A DNA stretch of 61,916 nt, the filler included, from Sphacelaria rigidula (Eukaryota): assembly GCA_964200075.2 (NCBI GenBank). It is 7 parts of 7 records of this genome, joined end to end, with 100 filler letters (N's around TTAATTAATTAA, not from the genome) between each part and the next. Parts side by side here need not be neighbours in the genome. Positions count along the whole stretch, not along the records: positions 8,862 to 17,621 come from CAXNAA020010169.1; positions 17,722 to 26,481 come from CAXNAA020010170.1; 5 more parts are not named here. One strand, given 5' to 3'. The notes below the pieces were generated by a model that had not been told where the DNA came from, did no database searches, and saw nothing but the letters and a program-made list of their open reading frames with translations. Position numbers and translations under genes: made by a program. Shown piece after piece: positions 12,737-24,229 of this stretch (position 1 is the stretch's first letter; each line of letters begins with the position of its first letter).

Positions 12737-14415
12737 CAGGGTTGTGAACTGCAGGGTGTGGGTATGTTCTGTGGGGTATGAGATTCCTTACAGAACTTAC
12801 AGGAATATAGGGTATCGGTATAAAAGTCTTACAGCATTTACACAACCATCGGGTACCGTTATGAAAGACTTGAAGAAATTACAGGACTTGTCGGGTAGGG
12901 TACGGGAGGCTTACGGAAAACCGTACCGGCAGTCGGATATTTCTTCGAGGATTTAGCCGCGCGCCGGGTAAGAGTAAATATTCTCTACAGAACTAAGAAA
13001 CTGTCGGGTAGAGTATGGAGATTACACCCCGGTAACGGTGTCGGAGGAATACAGAACTCACAGAATTATAGGGTAAGCGTATGAAAGTGCTCCAGAGTTT
13101 ACTGAACTGTTCGGTACCGGTATGGAAGTCTTTCAGAAGTCACAGAACTATCGGGTCCATAAAGGTTCAGACGGTTTACAGAAAATCGTACCCTTACCCG
13201 GGTATTTGTATGCAGGTATACCCGTGCTCCGGTTACGGATAAGGGAGGCTTCACAGAACATGTCGACCTATCGGGTATGGATATGCATGCGGCAGGTTGG
13301 GCTTGCCATGCAGTAGTACATGTGGATGTGATCGTCAACATCTATCAGTTTCACGTACACTCTCAGAGACAACATGAAGGAGCGTCCACGGCTGTTCGCT
13401 CTCTGGACGCCCTTCAGCACCACAAAATCGTCGTCAGCCTTGACGATTTCCCGTGGCAGCTCATACTCTTTGCCGTGCATGTCGATAACGGCCGGGTATT
13501 TTATGACCATGACACAACCACCGTCAACGTCGATGACATGCGTCTCGCTACTTGGTCTCCCTGGCGGCGCAGATGAATCACCCCCACTGGAGACACCACT
13601 CGTGGGGGTGATCCATCCTGACGATCTGCAATATTGCTCATGCTTCATGTTTCCACTCAACAGAACCTCGCAATACTTCAGATCACAAACTTTACAACTG
13701 TGGATTTCTGTTGTGCAATGTTGAATGAAGGAGGTGGGCAGTTTGCTTCACGGGTACATGTTCAGGTCATGAGGTTGTGCTTGCATTGAACCTATTTCCA
13801 TACCTTCCCAAGGTACACACCTGTGCTCGTACGTGCGTCAGGTATATATATAAAATTATACCCTAACCCCGAGTAAGGGTATGAGAGGCTTACAGAACTT
13901 ACAGAAATATCGGGTACCGGTATGAAAGTCTTCCAGAAGTTACAAAACTCTCGGGTACCGGTATGAAAATCTTACAGAAATTACAGAACTTGTCGGGTAG
14001 GTTAGTGGAGGCGTACACAAAATCGTACCGGCAATCGGGTATTTCTCCAACGACGTACCCGCGCCCCGGGTACGGGTGAATATTCTGCACAGAATTCACA
14101 GAACTGTCGGGTAAAGCTATGGGAGGCTTACAGAACTCACATAAACTGCCGGGTGGGGTATGGAGGTTGCACAGAAAGCCATACCCGCTACCGAGTACCT
14201 TATCGAGAGCATTCCCGTGCTCCCAGTAACGGTACGGGAGGCTTACACAACTCACATAACTATATGGTAAGGGTATGAAAGTCTTGCAGAGTTCACAGAA
14301 CTGTCAGGTACAGGTATGGAAGTCTTACAAAAGTCACAGAATTATCGGGTACGGTAAATATCCGAGAAAAAACTCCGGGTACACAGAAAAATGTACCCTA
14401 CAGAACAAAACCTTG
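12737..14415. mobile_element. Non-autonomous DNA transposon (hAT-like) with long subterminal repeat arrays and an internal coding-like remnant
   Basis: Ends CAGGGTTGTGAACTGCAGGGT and (revcomp) CAAGGTTTTGTTCTGTAGGGT. ~40-bp ACAGAAC..TCGGGTA repeats at 12780-13280 and 13875-14400. It splits an older repeat whose intact inverted copy lies at about 6020-6300. Another end copy is at 36161-36305 (-). Confidence 0.75.
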
Positions 14416-14915
14416 AACATTTTCAGCTCTAGCGCAATGAATAGATGGGATTTCAGAGTAAAAAGTTTTTGTTTGTTCACAAGAACGATTAGGATTGGTT
14501 CAGTTTAGCCAAAAAAATCCAAAGAGTCGGAATCTGAGGCTGTTTAGTCGCAGGACCCCCGAGATCTGGTCATCCCGTAAGTCGTTCAGTATTGACTGCA
14601 GAAACGATAATCTTCTGCGAATGTGAAGAGGATGTTAGTATCTCCCGATCCTCAGATATTCACTGTGATGAGCGGTGGCACGCAGAAAGAAAAGAAAAGA
14701 AAGAATAAAAAATCGCCAGCTACGAGCAAATTACACAACTCTCCAAGTTTGGCGCGTGGCTACTGCTGTTGGCCGCTCGTTGACACAGAGCCGCACTACG
14801 AACCGCCCCACCCATCCCCACCCCTAGATCACAAACACCAAATATATACTCAGAGTATAGATATATGTATATATCTTGCCCCCCTCCCACCCCCCCCCCC
14901 CCCTTGGAAAAACAG

Positions 14916-15347
14916 GTTAATGACACGTTTCCAAGATTGAACTTCCTCGCTCTCATGGGAAATCCTTGCTGGCCGGCTGATCCTTCGAGGTATAACGCCC
15001 CCGGCAGCCGTCGCAATCGTCGCAACCGCCGTAGCCGCCGCAACTCCAGGCTCGAGCGCAAGTCGTCCGATGAAGCCGAACGGGCAGCCGGACCGCCGTT
15101 TTCTTTTCCTAGCAGCGGCGGTGACACTAGCAGCGCCAGCAGCCGCCATAAACAGGGACGTCGCGGGCGGTGGGGGTCGCGGGGTGGAGTTGACGACTTC
15201 GGTGATGTTGAAGAGCGGGAGGAGCAGAGACGAGGGATGCAGGAGGAAGAGTTGCTGTACAGGATTCGAGTGATCCGCCGCATTCCCGGCTTGCAAACGC
15301 TGGACTGTGAGGAGGTCACGGCGGAGGAGCGAGCGCGTGCTGCTCAG
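14916..15347 (+). CDS. Next exon of the same LRR protein: last LRR plus LRRcap with a long low-complexity insertion
   Basis: cag|GTT acceptor, CAG|gtgagg donor, 432 bp. Encodes VNDTFPRLNFLALMGNPC...YRIRVIRRIPGLQTLDCEEVTAEERARAAQ, matching the LRRcap pattern (GNP..YR..vi..lP.L..LD...Vt..ER..A). Confidence 0.85.
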
Positions 15348-15440
15348 GTGAGGAGAGACGAAGTTTGGCTCGGTTCGGTTCGGTTCGGTTCGGTTTGGTT
15401 TGGCTCATGTTGGGAACTTCTTGTGGACTACGACCAAGAC

Positions 15441-15988
15441 AGGCCCTGACTTCTAAGGCATGCCGAAGGAGGGTCTAAGACAAACCGTTTAAGGCACGTC
15501 TCCGGCAAAATAGTTGGCCTCAGGCAACTGCTAAGGCATGCCTTACCCCGTATTCACGACTGAAATGCCTTAGCTTATAGGTCGGGATGCCTTAGGCTCG
15601 CCTTAGACTTGCCTTAGACTTGCCTCTGACAATCATTCCGGTTACCCGAATAATTGGAGTGGGCGTTGTCATGAGGTTGACTTATTGCTATTGTTTTTGC
15701 AATATAATGTGTTTGCCTTCGTTGAGTAAGGCATCTCTGGCATTAAACACTTCATCAGGCAACTCCTTTTCGAAAAAGGGCTCTAAGGCAAAAGGTAAAA
15801 TCCCGGTATCCTGACTAATTGGAGCTGGCGTCGTCATTCGTGTGCCTTACTTCCGTTCTTTCTTGTAGTACATGTGTTTGCCTCGCCCAAACAAGGCATC
15901 TAGGGCGCCATCCCCCCTCTCAGGCAATCCCTTTCTGAAAAGGGGCTCCAAGGCAAAAAGTAAGGCATGCCTTAGATTTCAGGGCCTA
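15441..15988. mobile_element. hAT-type MITE
   Basis: TIRs AGGCCCTGACTTCTAAGGCATGCC and (revcomp) TAGGCCCTGAAATCTAAGGCATGCC. Flanks ACCAAGAC and GCCAAGAC match at 7/8. Many internal TAAGGC/GCCTTA motifs. Confidence 0.85.
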
Positions 15989-16962
15989 GCCAAGACCTGC
16001 TCCGTGGACCAGGGGGCTACACAGAACAAGCGCCCTTTGAGTCGTGGCTTGGTCGATAAAATAGTTACGTGATGTAGAGGACCTTGGTAGTACCCTATCG
16101 TTCGTAACCTGACAGCCACCATGAGCCTACATCCCACATTTCCCGAGATTTTGACGTGGTCCAGAGAGACACTGCATTTGATGTTTTTTTTTAACCAGAC
16201 TACGTGATATCTAGGTCACAACATTTCTTTACACTTGGCACAGCATACATGTAGCAATACGCACCGTAATGATACCGCTGTATCTGATTGCAACGGATCA
16301 GACTATCCGCACAAAGCAGTGCCTACCTTGGAACAAACCACACGTTGGACACCATGTGGACAATAGTTGGGATGGAAAAGAAATGTACCAGTACGGCGTC
16401 CAGTATGGGCGTATTGCAGCTACTATTGTCGGAACGACAATAGTCGCAATACGCCTGTACTTAGCGCAGTACATTTATTGTACAGTATTACTGCAACTTT
16501 TCACCATGTATTGTCCAAGGTCTGATATAAATACAGTTGTGACCAGCTGAGCCTGTACTGTTGTCCCCCCTCCGAAAGAACTCACATGCCTTGATTCACA
16601 GTGAAGTCAACTATCCTTGAAATACAACGGAATTTGGGGACGGCTTCGGGGATTACCCTTCGACCGACGGCAGCGTTGTGGGTCATATGGTTCTTACAGT
16701 ATCATGATTCAAATCAGTATTTAATCTCATTGAACATCTGACCCGCTCTACACCCAGGGGTTGAAAGGCTTGAACCCTCTTGGCAATCGGAAGGTTGAAA
16801 ACGCGTGTCGAGCTACAACAAATTTACACATATTGGTGGCAGGTGGTGAAATGATTATGCACACGCCGTAATAAATTTTACCGTTGAAAATGTTTTTCGA
16901 CTTTCAATCGAGGTCTCTTTTGTTTTTTGGTTTGTTTGATTTTCTGATACCTTGTTATAGGT

Positions 16963-17065
16963 AGCTAGCCTGTGACCACGGAAGGCGTCCGCATCAGATG
17001 CCCAGTACGACTGTACCGCGCAGATATCGGAACAGTTTTTAATGTGAACACAACAACAACAACAA
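16963..17065 (+). mobile_element. Retroposon 3' end with (CAA)n tail; second copy at 53196-53303
   Basis: Both read GCTAGCCTGT..CCACGGAAGGCGTCCGCATC.GATGCCCAGTACGA..GCGCAGATATCGGAAC..AATGTGAA followed by (CAA)n. Confidence 0.75.
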
Positions 17066-17155
17066 TGCGATGCATCGTTAGCGTAAAAAAACAAACATGC
17101 GCGTAGTGACTACGGGTTCGAAAGATTGGACTTATGTGCGGCAGTATTAATATAT

Positions 17156-17511
17156 GTTGTGTGTGTTGTCAGTCGTCCCATCCATTCCGGACGCCGGTCT
17201 ACACCTTTTGGTATATGTGGGCGCACCACCCGGGGTCACACAGGAGGAAGGTCAACAAGGACTCCTTTTTTTTTTTTTTCAGTACCCCACTCCCTTCTGC
17301 GGTGCTTGCCTTTATTTTTTATCGCGAGAGGGGTTCAGCAGTCCCTTTCCCTCGTCGACCGCTAAGTTGAATGTCGTGTACCCACGACATAGTCGCTCTC
17401 CACGGTTGGGCATGGTCTGAGAAAAGACCCCAGACGGCTCCGATAATTGAGCCCACGACCCAACCGTCAGAGGGTTTCAAGGTTACCAACTGAGTCACTT
17501 AGGCGACCGAC
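17156..17511 (-). mobile_element. SINE family 1, near full-length; other copies at 3419-3627 (+), 8457-8761 (-), 19335-19571 (+), 20348-20676 (-), 26408-26481 (-)
   Basis: Conserved core GTCGTCCCATCTATTCTGGACGCCGGTCTACACCTTTCGGTATATGTGGGCGCACCAGCCGGGGTCACACAGGAG across copies (the 26408 copy is only a fragment). Confidence 0.9.
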
Positions 17512-18558
17512 ATTCATACACGAAGGGAGGAATGCTACGGTAGGGGTGCACTTTTTTCGCAAAAGTTTGTCTGGTTCAGAGGCTCCTAACGAGTCTAGAC
17601 GCACAAGAATATGGGCCAGGGNNNNNNNNNNNNNNNNNNNNNNNNNNNNNNNNNNNNNNNNNNNNTTAATTAATTAANNNNNNNNNNNNNNNNNNNNNNN
17701 NNNNNNNNNNNNNNNNNNNNNCTTCCGGCCATGGCATCCATCATTGTGCGGCCCTTCTACCCTCCCCCCCCACCCCTCAAACACTCGATTTTCGATCTTG
17801 CTGGAGCCTACGCATCCCGAAATCATTTCCCCGTAGCTCCGTGGTATGAGACATGTTGACTACAGCGGCCGCCGGAGGGCTTAGTCTCATGGTCATCGGT
17901 TCGGGGAATTGCGCAGTTGGGATCGGTCAGGGTTTACACCGCTACATGTGTCATGTGCGGTGTCCCGGCAGCATGAACAGCTACTGTTGTAGCATATCGA
18001 ACTGCCAAAAACAACGCGTATACGTCTCCCTGCGATTTTACAGAAGGAGATTCAAGGAATTTTCAAGAGTACTTTGTACTTGTCTGAAGTCTGAAGCAAA
18101 TGAGTCCAGCACCAGCTGGGGAGACATCACCTGCATATCAAGGGGTGGTATACACCGTACATATTCAGTTCTTGGAACTCCTGTCTGTTTGTCCTCTGCC
18201 CCAAATGCATTCTAGACTTCTCCGTACAAGTTCTGTTTTATCGATTCTACCATCCGCGTGTTGCAGTAAAGGGTGCAGTAGAAGAGCTGCTCTCGTCAAA
18301 TATTTCGTGTCCTACTGTATTCTGTGTTCTGTACACTGTCTGTACACTTTGGTAGAATCACTCACTAAATCAATCCATCACTTTATTAGACGAATGTATT
18401 TTCTATCACCAACGGAACCGCAAAAATTGAATCAAATGTGAGCACAAAAAACAAGTAGTTTTTGTGTCAACCTGTGCTGTGCTCCTTCCCAGCCTGAAAT
18501 CAACTCCGTCTACTGTGTATCCTCCAGGATTCCCCATCAACAACGTTGAAAAGGCAGA

Positions 18559-18766
18559 ATGCCGGGGTATCGCCGTATGAGGGCAGATGGGACACTGCTG
18601 CTGCGGTTGTCGGTGTTGTTACTGTGGAATAGGGCAATTGCTGACGGCAGCAGGATCAGCACCAGCGGCGCGGGCAGCGAGGGTAGTGGCGCGGTAGCCT
18701 TCATTCGGACAGCGAGACCATCCTTCTTTTACCTCGGCGTCGGACAGCCGTCACCATGTACGATAA
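18559..18766 (+). CDS. Possible first exon of a secreted or membrane protein
   Basis: ATG ORF with a hydrophobic LLLRLSVLLLWNRAIA segment resembling a signal peptide, followed by a gtgagt donor-like site. No recognisable domain. Confidence 0.3.
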
Positions 18767-19834
18767 GTGAGTATGCTCTCTAGTATATAGTGTGCTGTTT
18801 CATACGTCTGTTCTAGTTGTTACAACATGGCAATGCATGTGTCACTTGATTCTGATTTGCAAACGACAGTTGACTCATAAACATGAACAGCACAGAACAG
18901 CCGACATACACACTAAGGAGCAGATACTACAACCGTGTACCCAGTGCGTTGCAGCTGCATGAAACAACCCATCACAGGAAGAGATAAATGCGAACGTGCA
19001 TCACGTCTAGTATTTGAATGTAAACGACATATGGTGTACTGTAGCAAGAGGAGAGCTATCAATAATGACCAGAAACACACGATACTGTGCTCTGTTATAC
19101 GAGTAGTGTATGAACACTGTAGCCACGCCCCCCATCCCCACCCACCCCCAAAGGGGAGAAACTTCAAACTCCAGGTTTCGAATGCCCGAAAATTGCCTGT
19201 ACTAACCTGGAGTAATTTTTATACAGTTGGACACGAGTAATCAGGTCTAGCCAGTTGAAAGTCAGGTAGTTTCGGCTGTTGTCTTGGAGATCAACTGACC
19301 ATTCGGTGGTGAAGTGATTGCTACCGTCCATCACAAAATTCGACTTAACGGTTGACGAGGGAAAAGAGAGTGCTGGACTCCTCTCGCGATAAAAAGAAAA
19401 GGCAAGCGCAGCGCAAAAGGAGAGTGAGGTACTAAAAATAAATTAAAAAAGAAGCTCCTGTGTTGACCTTCCTCCTGTGTGACCCCGGCTGGTGCGTCCA
19501 CATATGCCGAAAAGTGTGAACCGGCGCCCAGAATAGATGGGACGACAACAAACACACGCATGCACACACACATTCTACATCCAAGGGATCAGTCGATCCT
19601 CAACAAACTCAAGTACTTTATATTTGGGTACTGTAGACTAAATCGAAATGATGAAGTCTTGGTGATCTCATGTCAAGTAAATTTCGCCGTTGCCTTTGGA
19701 TATATAGACTAGCCATACCGCATGAAGTGATTGAAACCTGCAATAATAGATCCAAGTGGTAAGTGGGACCGCACAAAACTCGGCTAATTTGTTCATGGAT
19801 ACGCAAAACTCACCAGTAGAACTTTAGGCCGCTG

Positions 19835-20280
19835 CCTATAACAGACAAGAATAATGATCTGGAAAATTGCCTTTTTGGAGCGTCTGCGTCGTTTTATGCC
19901 CTAAAAGAGAGCTAGGCGAGGTTTGACACCTAGGAATGATTTGCTCCACTAGTTAAGGTGGCTCGAGGATATCTTCCTGTTTTCCGGTGGCCGTAGTTTT
20001 TATTTAGGCCAAACGAGAATTTGCGTCCAAGAACGGTTAAGTCCAGAGAAGAGTGGCGATATTTCTAGCTTTGATCGCGTTCTCGGACAAAAAAACCTTC
20101 TTCGGATAAGATAAAAACTGCGGCCGCTGGAGAATGGGAAGATGTCCTGGAACCGCCTCAACGAGTAGAGCAAGTCATTCCAAGGTGTGTATCTCCGCCT
20201 AGCTCTCTTTTAGGGCGTTGAACGACGTAAAAGCTCCAGAAAGGCACTTTTCCAGATTTTATATTTGTCTGTAATAAGCA
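19835..20280. repeat. Long imperfect palindrome (foldback), arms about 210 bp
   Basis: GCCCTAAAAGAGAGCTAGGCG (about 19898) and CGCCTAGCTCTCTTTTAGGGC (about 20196) are exact reverse complements. Pairing continues outward and inward to about 20045-20065. Confidence 0.9.
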
Positions 20281-21006
20281 TCGGACGGACGACTCTTCTC
20301 GATGACCCTATTCAGAGAAGTTAGTTTTCAAAACCCTACCTTAAATATGTGTTGACGTCCCATCTATTGTGGACGTCGGTCGACACCTTTCGGTATATGT
20401 GGGCGCACCAGCCGGGGTCACAGAAGAGGAAGGCCAACATGATTTTGTTTGTTTGTTTGTTTGTTTGTTTCAGTTCTCCATCCTCCTTCTGCGGTGCTTG
20501 TCTTTAATTTTTATCGCGAGAGGGGTTCAGCAGTCCCTTCCCTCGTCGACCATTAAGTCGAATATTGCGTATCTATGAAGTCGCTCTCCCATGTTGGGCA
20601 TTGTGTGAGAAAAAATCCCAGATCGCTCCGAGATTCGAACCCACGGCCCACCCGTCAGAGGGTTTCGAGCCACTGGGACCTTATAGTTCATGAAAAATAT
20701 CCTGGGGATTTATACACGCGAGGCCATCATCTAGCCCGCGTGCAGACGGGGGTAGTGGTCATCATTTGCATTTTGTGTTTGTGCCACCTGCGGTAAACTA
20801 ACACGTAATCCCGGGATAGCAACACACACACATACACACGCACGCACACAGTAGCTACTGGTATAATAGTTATCGAAATGACAGGGGTACCAACCCTTAC
20901 TTCAGCCGACCGCCGCTTGGTACAGTAGTAGTGCCGCAAGCGGTGCGGTGTGCAGCAGTACGGTTTGTGCCATACCGCACACAACAAGTTAACGTGACAG
21001 TCAGTA

Positions 21007-23430
21007 CTCGTACGGCGACTTGTTACCTGGGTTAGGTGTCGTCGCAGTGTGACTCAGAGCGTCACACGCCCAACATACCGCCTTAGCCCAGAGAGTCTCC
21101 TATGCTGGCAGCTTGACGTGTGGAAAGAGGATGGGGGCTTGGACGCGAGCGGCAAGTGCGGCGTTTCGAACGATACCTAGAGCTCTCTCGGCAACGCCAT
21201 TCAGTTACGGACACTTCGCGCTGGTCAATTCTTGCTTAATACAGTAGTTCCTACACACGTCTTCAAAGTCACCACCGAAAAACTCTCGTCCGTCGTCAGA
21301 CCTGACTGTTATCACTTCCGAAGGTACCACCATCCGCACATACATCAGCCAAAATATTCCTAAAGGCAACAGCGGTACCAGACTTACGCTCGAGAATATA
21401 TACCCATGCGTACCAGGTAAAATCGTCCTTCAGTACCATCACATACGTCTTCCCTGGCAATGAAGGGGGTCTCTTGGGGCCCCTAAGGCCAACAAAAACT
21501 CTTCCTAGCTTTGGTGAAGCACGAGATTGCGTGCTGTTTGCGATTAGTTTCCGGTTCCTCTTTGCCATAGAACATCCTGTACCCTATTTCAAGTTACCCA
21601 GTAACTTTACCTAGCGATTTTGCTGTCCCCATCAATACAAATTCATTGGCATGTCCCTGCACGCAGTGGGAAACGTTGATGTCTTCGGCGGTCTCGCGTG
21701 AGTCAGCACTACCGGGGGCAATCACAGGAAACGCCAGGGGAGTAGAGGAATAGGGTTGCACTGAATTTTCGACAGACGCTGGAACCAACAAGGGAGAGGG
21801 GATCTAGTCATCATCACAATCAATCCTTTCACCATACGTTGAGTATTCTGATCCATCGCTCCAGAACCTAAGACGTTCATCCAGTAGGGCTACATTCATG
21901 TCCGGGTCATCAGTCGAGAAGCTTACTCCTCGTGTGTGCGCAGCTACCAACGAGAGTAGGTTAAAAGCTAGATCAGGTACGTTTGCGACCTTCTCAAGCC
22001 CAACCGTTACTCGTCCAGCCCTGTCGGGGAAGACTACAATCAACGACCGATGTCCCTCAGCGTCGATTAGGTATTATTACCGATCTTAACTTCGTCCTCT
22101 GATGGTTGCACGTCACGGAGCAATGAAGCTGATTTAGTCATATGAACTGTTGCTCCACTATCAGCTATCCACCTTTCAATACCGTCATCACTGTTGTCAC
22201 GCTCTCCCACCGCATCCTTCATACTTTGTTGTATGCCAATCGACAAACACGCTATGATATCACCAGAGCCACCCTGAAATTTCTTCGGGGCTGGGACGAC
22301 GTGTGCAGTATAGTCGAACCATCATGTCCTGGCTCTAAGAAATAATGACGGTTGTTTTGCATGTCGTCGTACTTCTTGCTTACGGTTTTCGTACTGCTAT
22401 CCTGATCGTTCTTGTCCGCTACAGTACCACTGGAAACCCCCTTTCCACCTTTGGCGCCATCTTGATAGCGATTTTGGCGGGTGGGCTTGCTAGCGACGAG
22501 AGCTCGCCCTACGTTGCGGTTCTGCATAACATTCCTGGACATGAACGTGTACCTCTGTCTTACAATAGCCTCTCTCTCTCTACTCGGGTGATGTTGTCTT
22601 TTCACAAGACTGTACGCTGTTCGTACTCGTAGTCACTTGCGAGTACCTCAACTATCTTGAGGTTAACATCCTCTACAGTCATATGTACCCCTAGCGATAC
22701 TAGTATACCCACAGTCTTATCCACGCGCGCGAAAAACCCCGTCGGATCTTCCTCTTTAGCCATGTGTAACTCGTTGAAAAGGCGTCTCCACTTTGATTTT
22801 CCCGAGAGGGTTATCGGGAGAAACCAATTACATGAAAAGCGCCAACCTGCACTAGGGGAGTTTGTGCCAAATACCCTGCTTAGTATTACGGTCCGTGATG
22901 CTCTCCGTCGAACACGTCCAAGCAATACGTGCTCGTCTTATGCTTGTCTCACTGAAACTTCGGCCAACCATGAACTGGGAACTAAGTGAGGGATCATCTA
23001 TGGGCATGTCAAAAGCTGTAGTAAAAGCCTGCATAAAGTCATTAGACAGAGCAATACCCTCGAAGCGTCTTCTCCATGGAGGAATATCAGCACTATAACC
23101 TAGCTTGGAGACAGCGGTTTCGATGCTGCTTGTTTCCCTAGGACTCATTCGTGAAAGTGCTACTTCCTGCAATCCCGACCTCACCGACAGCTGGCAGCAG
23201 GCTATCGGTGGTGACTCCACCTCTACGACCGGAAGCAGACCCTGGCCGCTCCGCGCCCGTAGCACCATCGAGATACGATGGTTGGTCTCCGTTGACGGAC
23301 CTCTCGATCCGTCCGCCTGTGCTTTCCTGAGCAGCCTCGACGAGTGACAGCCTTTCTACCAAAGCCCTTGTCTGCGCCTCGAGCAGCGCCCTCAATTCTT
23401 GCACGGCACTGTCTTGATCCGCCATCTCAA
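21007..23430 (-). mobile_element. Decayed Ty1/copia LTR retrotransposon: gag-protease-integrase, with RT/RNase H absent
   Basis: Gag-like EEDPTGFFARVDKTVGILVSLG...LASDYEYEQR; protease WIADSGATVHMT near 22135-22172; integrase YVMVLKDDFTWYAWVYILERKS, VRSDDGREF, NGVAER and ...PGNKSPYE. PR-IN order indicates Copia. Many stops and frameshifts. 23470-23829 may be the 5' LTR. Confidence 0.92.
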
Positions 23431-24229
23431 AATGACGATCCCAAGTTCTAGGTTACACGTCAACATATTCGAATACTCGTGATGATCAAATGTCCTTGCA
23501 GCGACGACACCCCCTTACTGTGTGCTCAAACAGACCACTGCACTCTTGCAGTAAGTGAGAAGATGGAGGTGTGTGTTTAAAATCTTTACTATTACTATCC
23601 ACACGTGGGACAGTGGGTGAAGAGAGGTGAGGGAGACGAGCGAAAGAGTAAGTAGGGCGTGAAGCGCTACCATGTCACGGCTGCCTATGATCCAAAATAT
23701 ACAGGTGGCGCAAGATCCGCAACAGATGAACTCACAGTTCCCGAAATATAGGAGCTCGGAACAATTTGCCTTCGTTCAACCGCAAGGAGCGTTCTCAGTA
23801 ACTATCCAAGAATACTCGAATACCCCGCATTTTCCCCGCTCATGCTTTTGGCTTCTGTTCGTAGATCAACTATGTTGAACAGACGAAACATTCACACCCA
23901 ATAAAGGTTTCAACAGCGGGTAGATAGAACTGCGAGCTGACAAACATGATTTTTTTATAGGAACGAACACGATGACAGCGCAGCAACTCAGACAGTCCCA
24001 GCGGAGACCACACGTCCTCCGCAAAGATCTACACACTACAGCGAAGTGGCAGCTACAGCACATGAGAGGTCGTGAGTGTGTTTGTGCTGTAGCACAGCGG
24101 CACAGGACATATCCCATGTCTTGATCTCTTCCCTGATTTCGAACGGGTCCTCAATTTTTGCCGAGTGCAGGTTTTCGAACGCTCAGCCATGATCGCGCTT
24201 CGCGCTAAAACCTTTCAGTCCACTCTGAG

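Noticed and set aside
12780-14400. CRISPR-like appearance of the ~40-bp ACAGAAC..TCGGGTA repeats (also the units at 26910-27420)
   Set aside because: The units are degenerate, lack unique spacers, lie inside TIR-bounded elements, and no cas genes are present.
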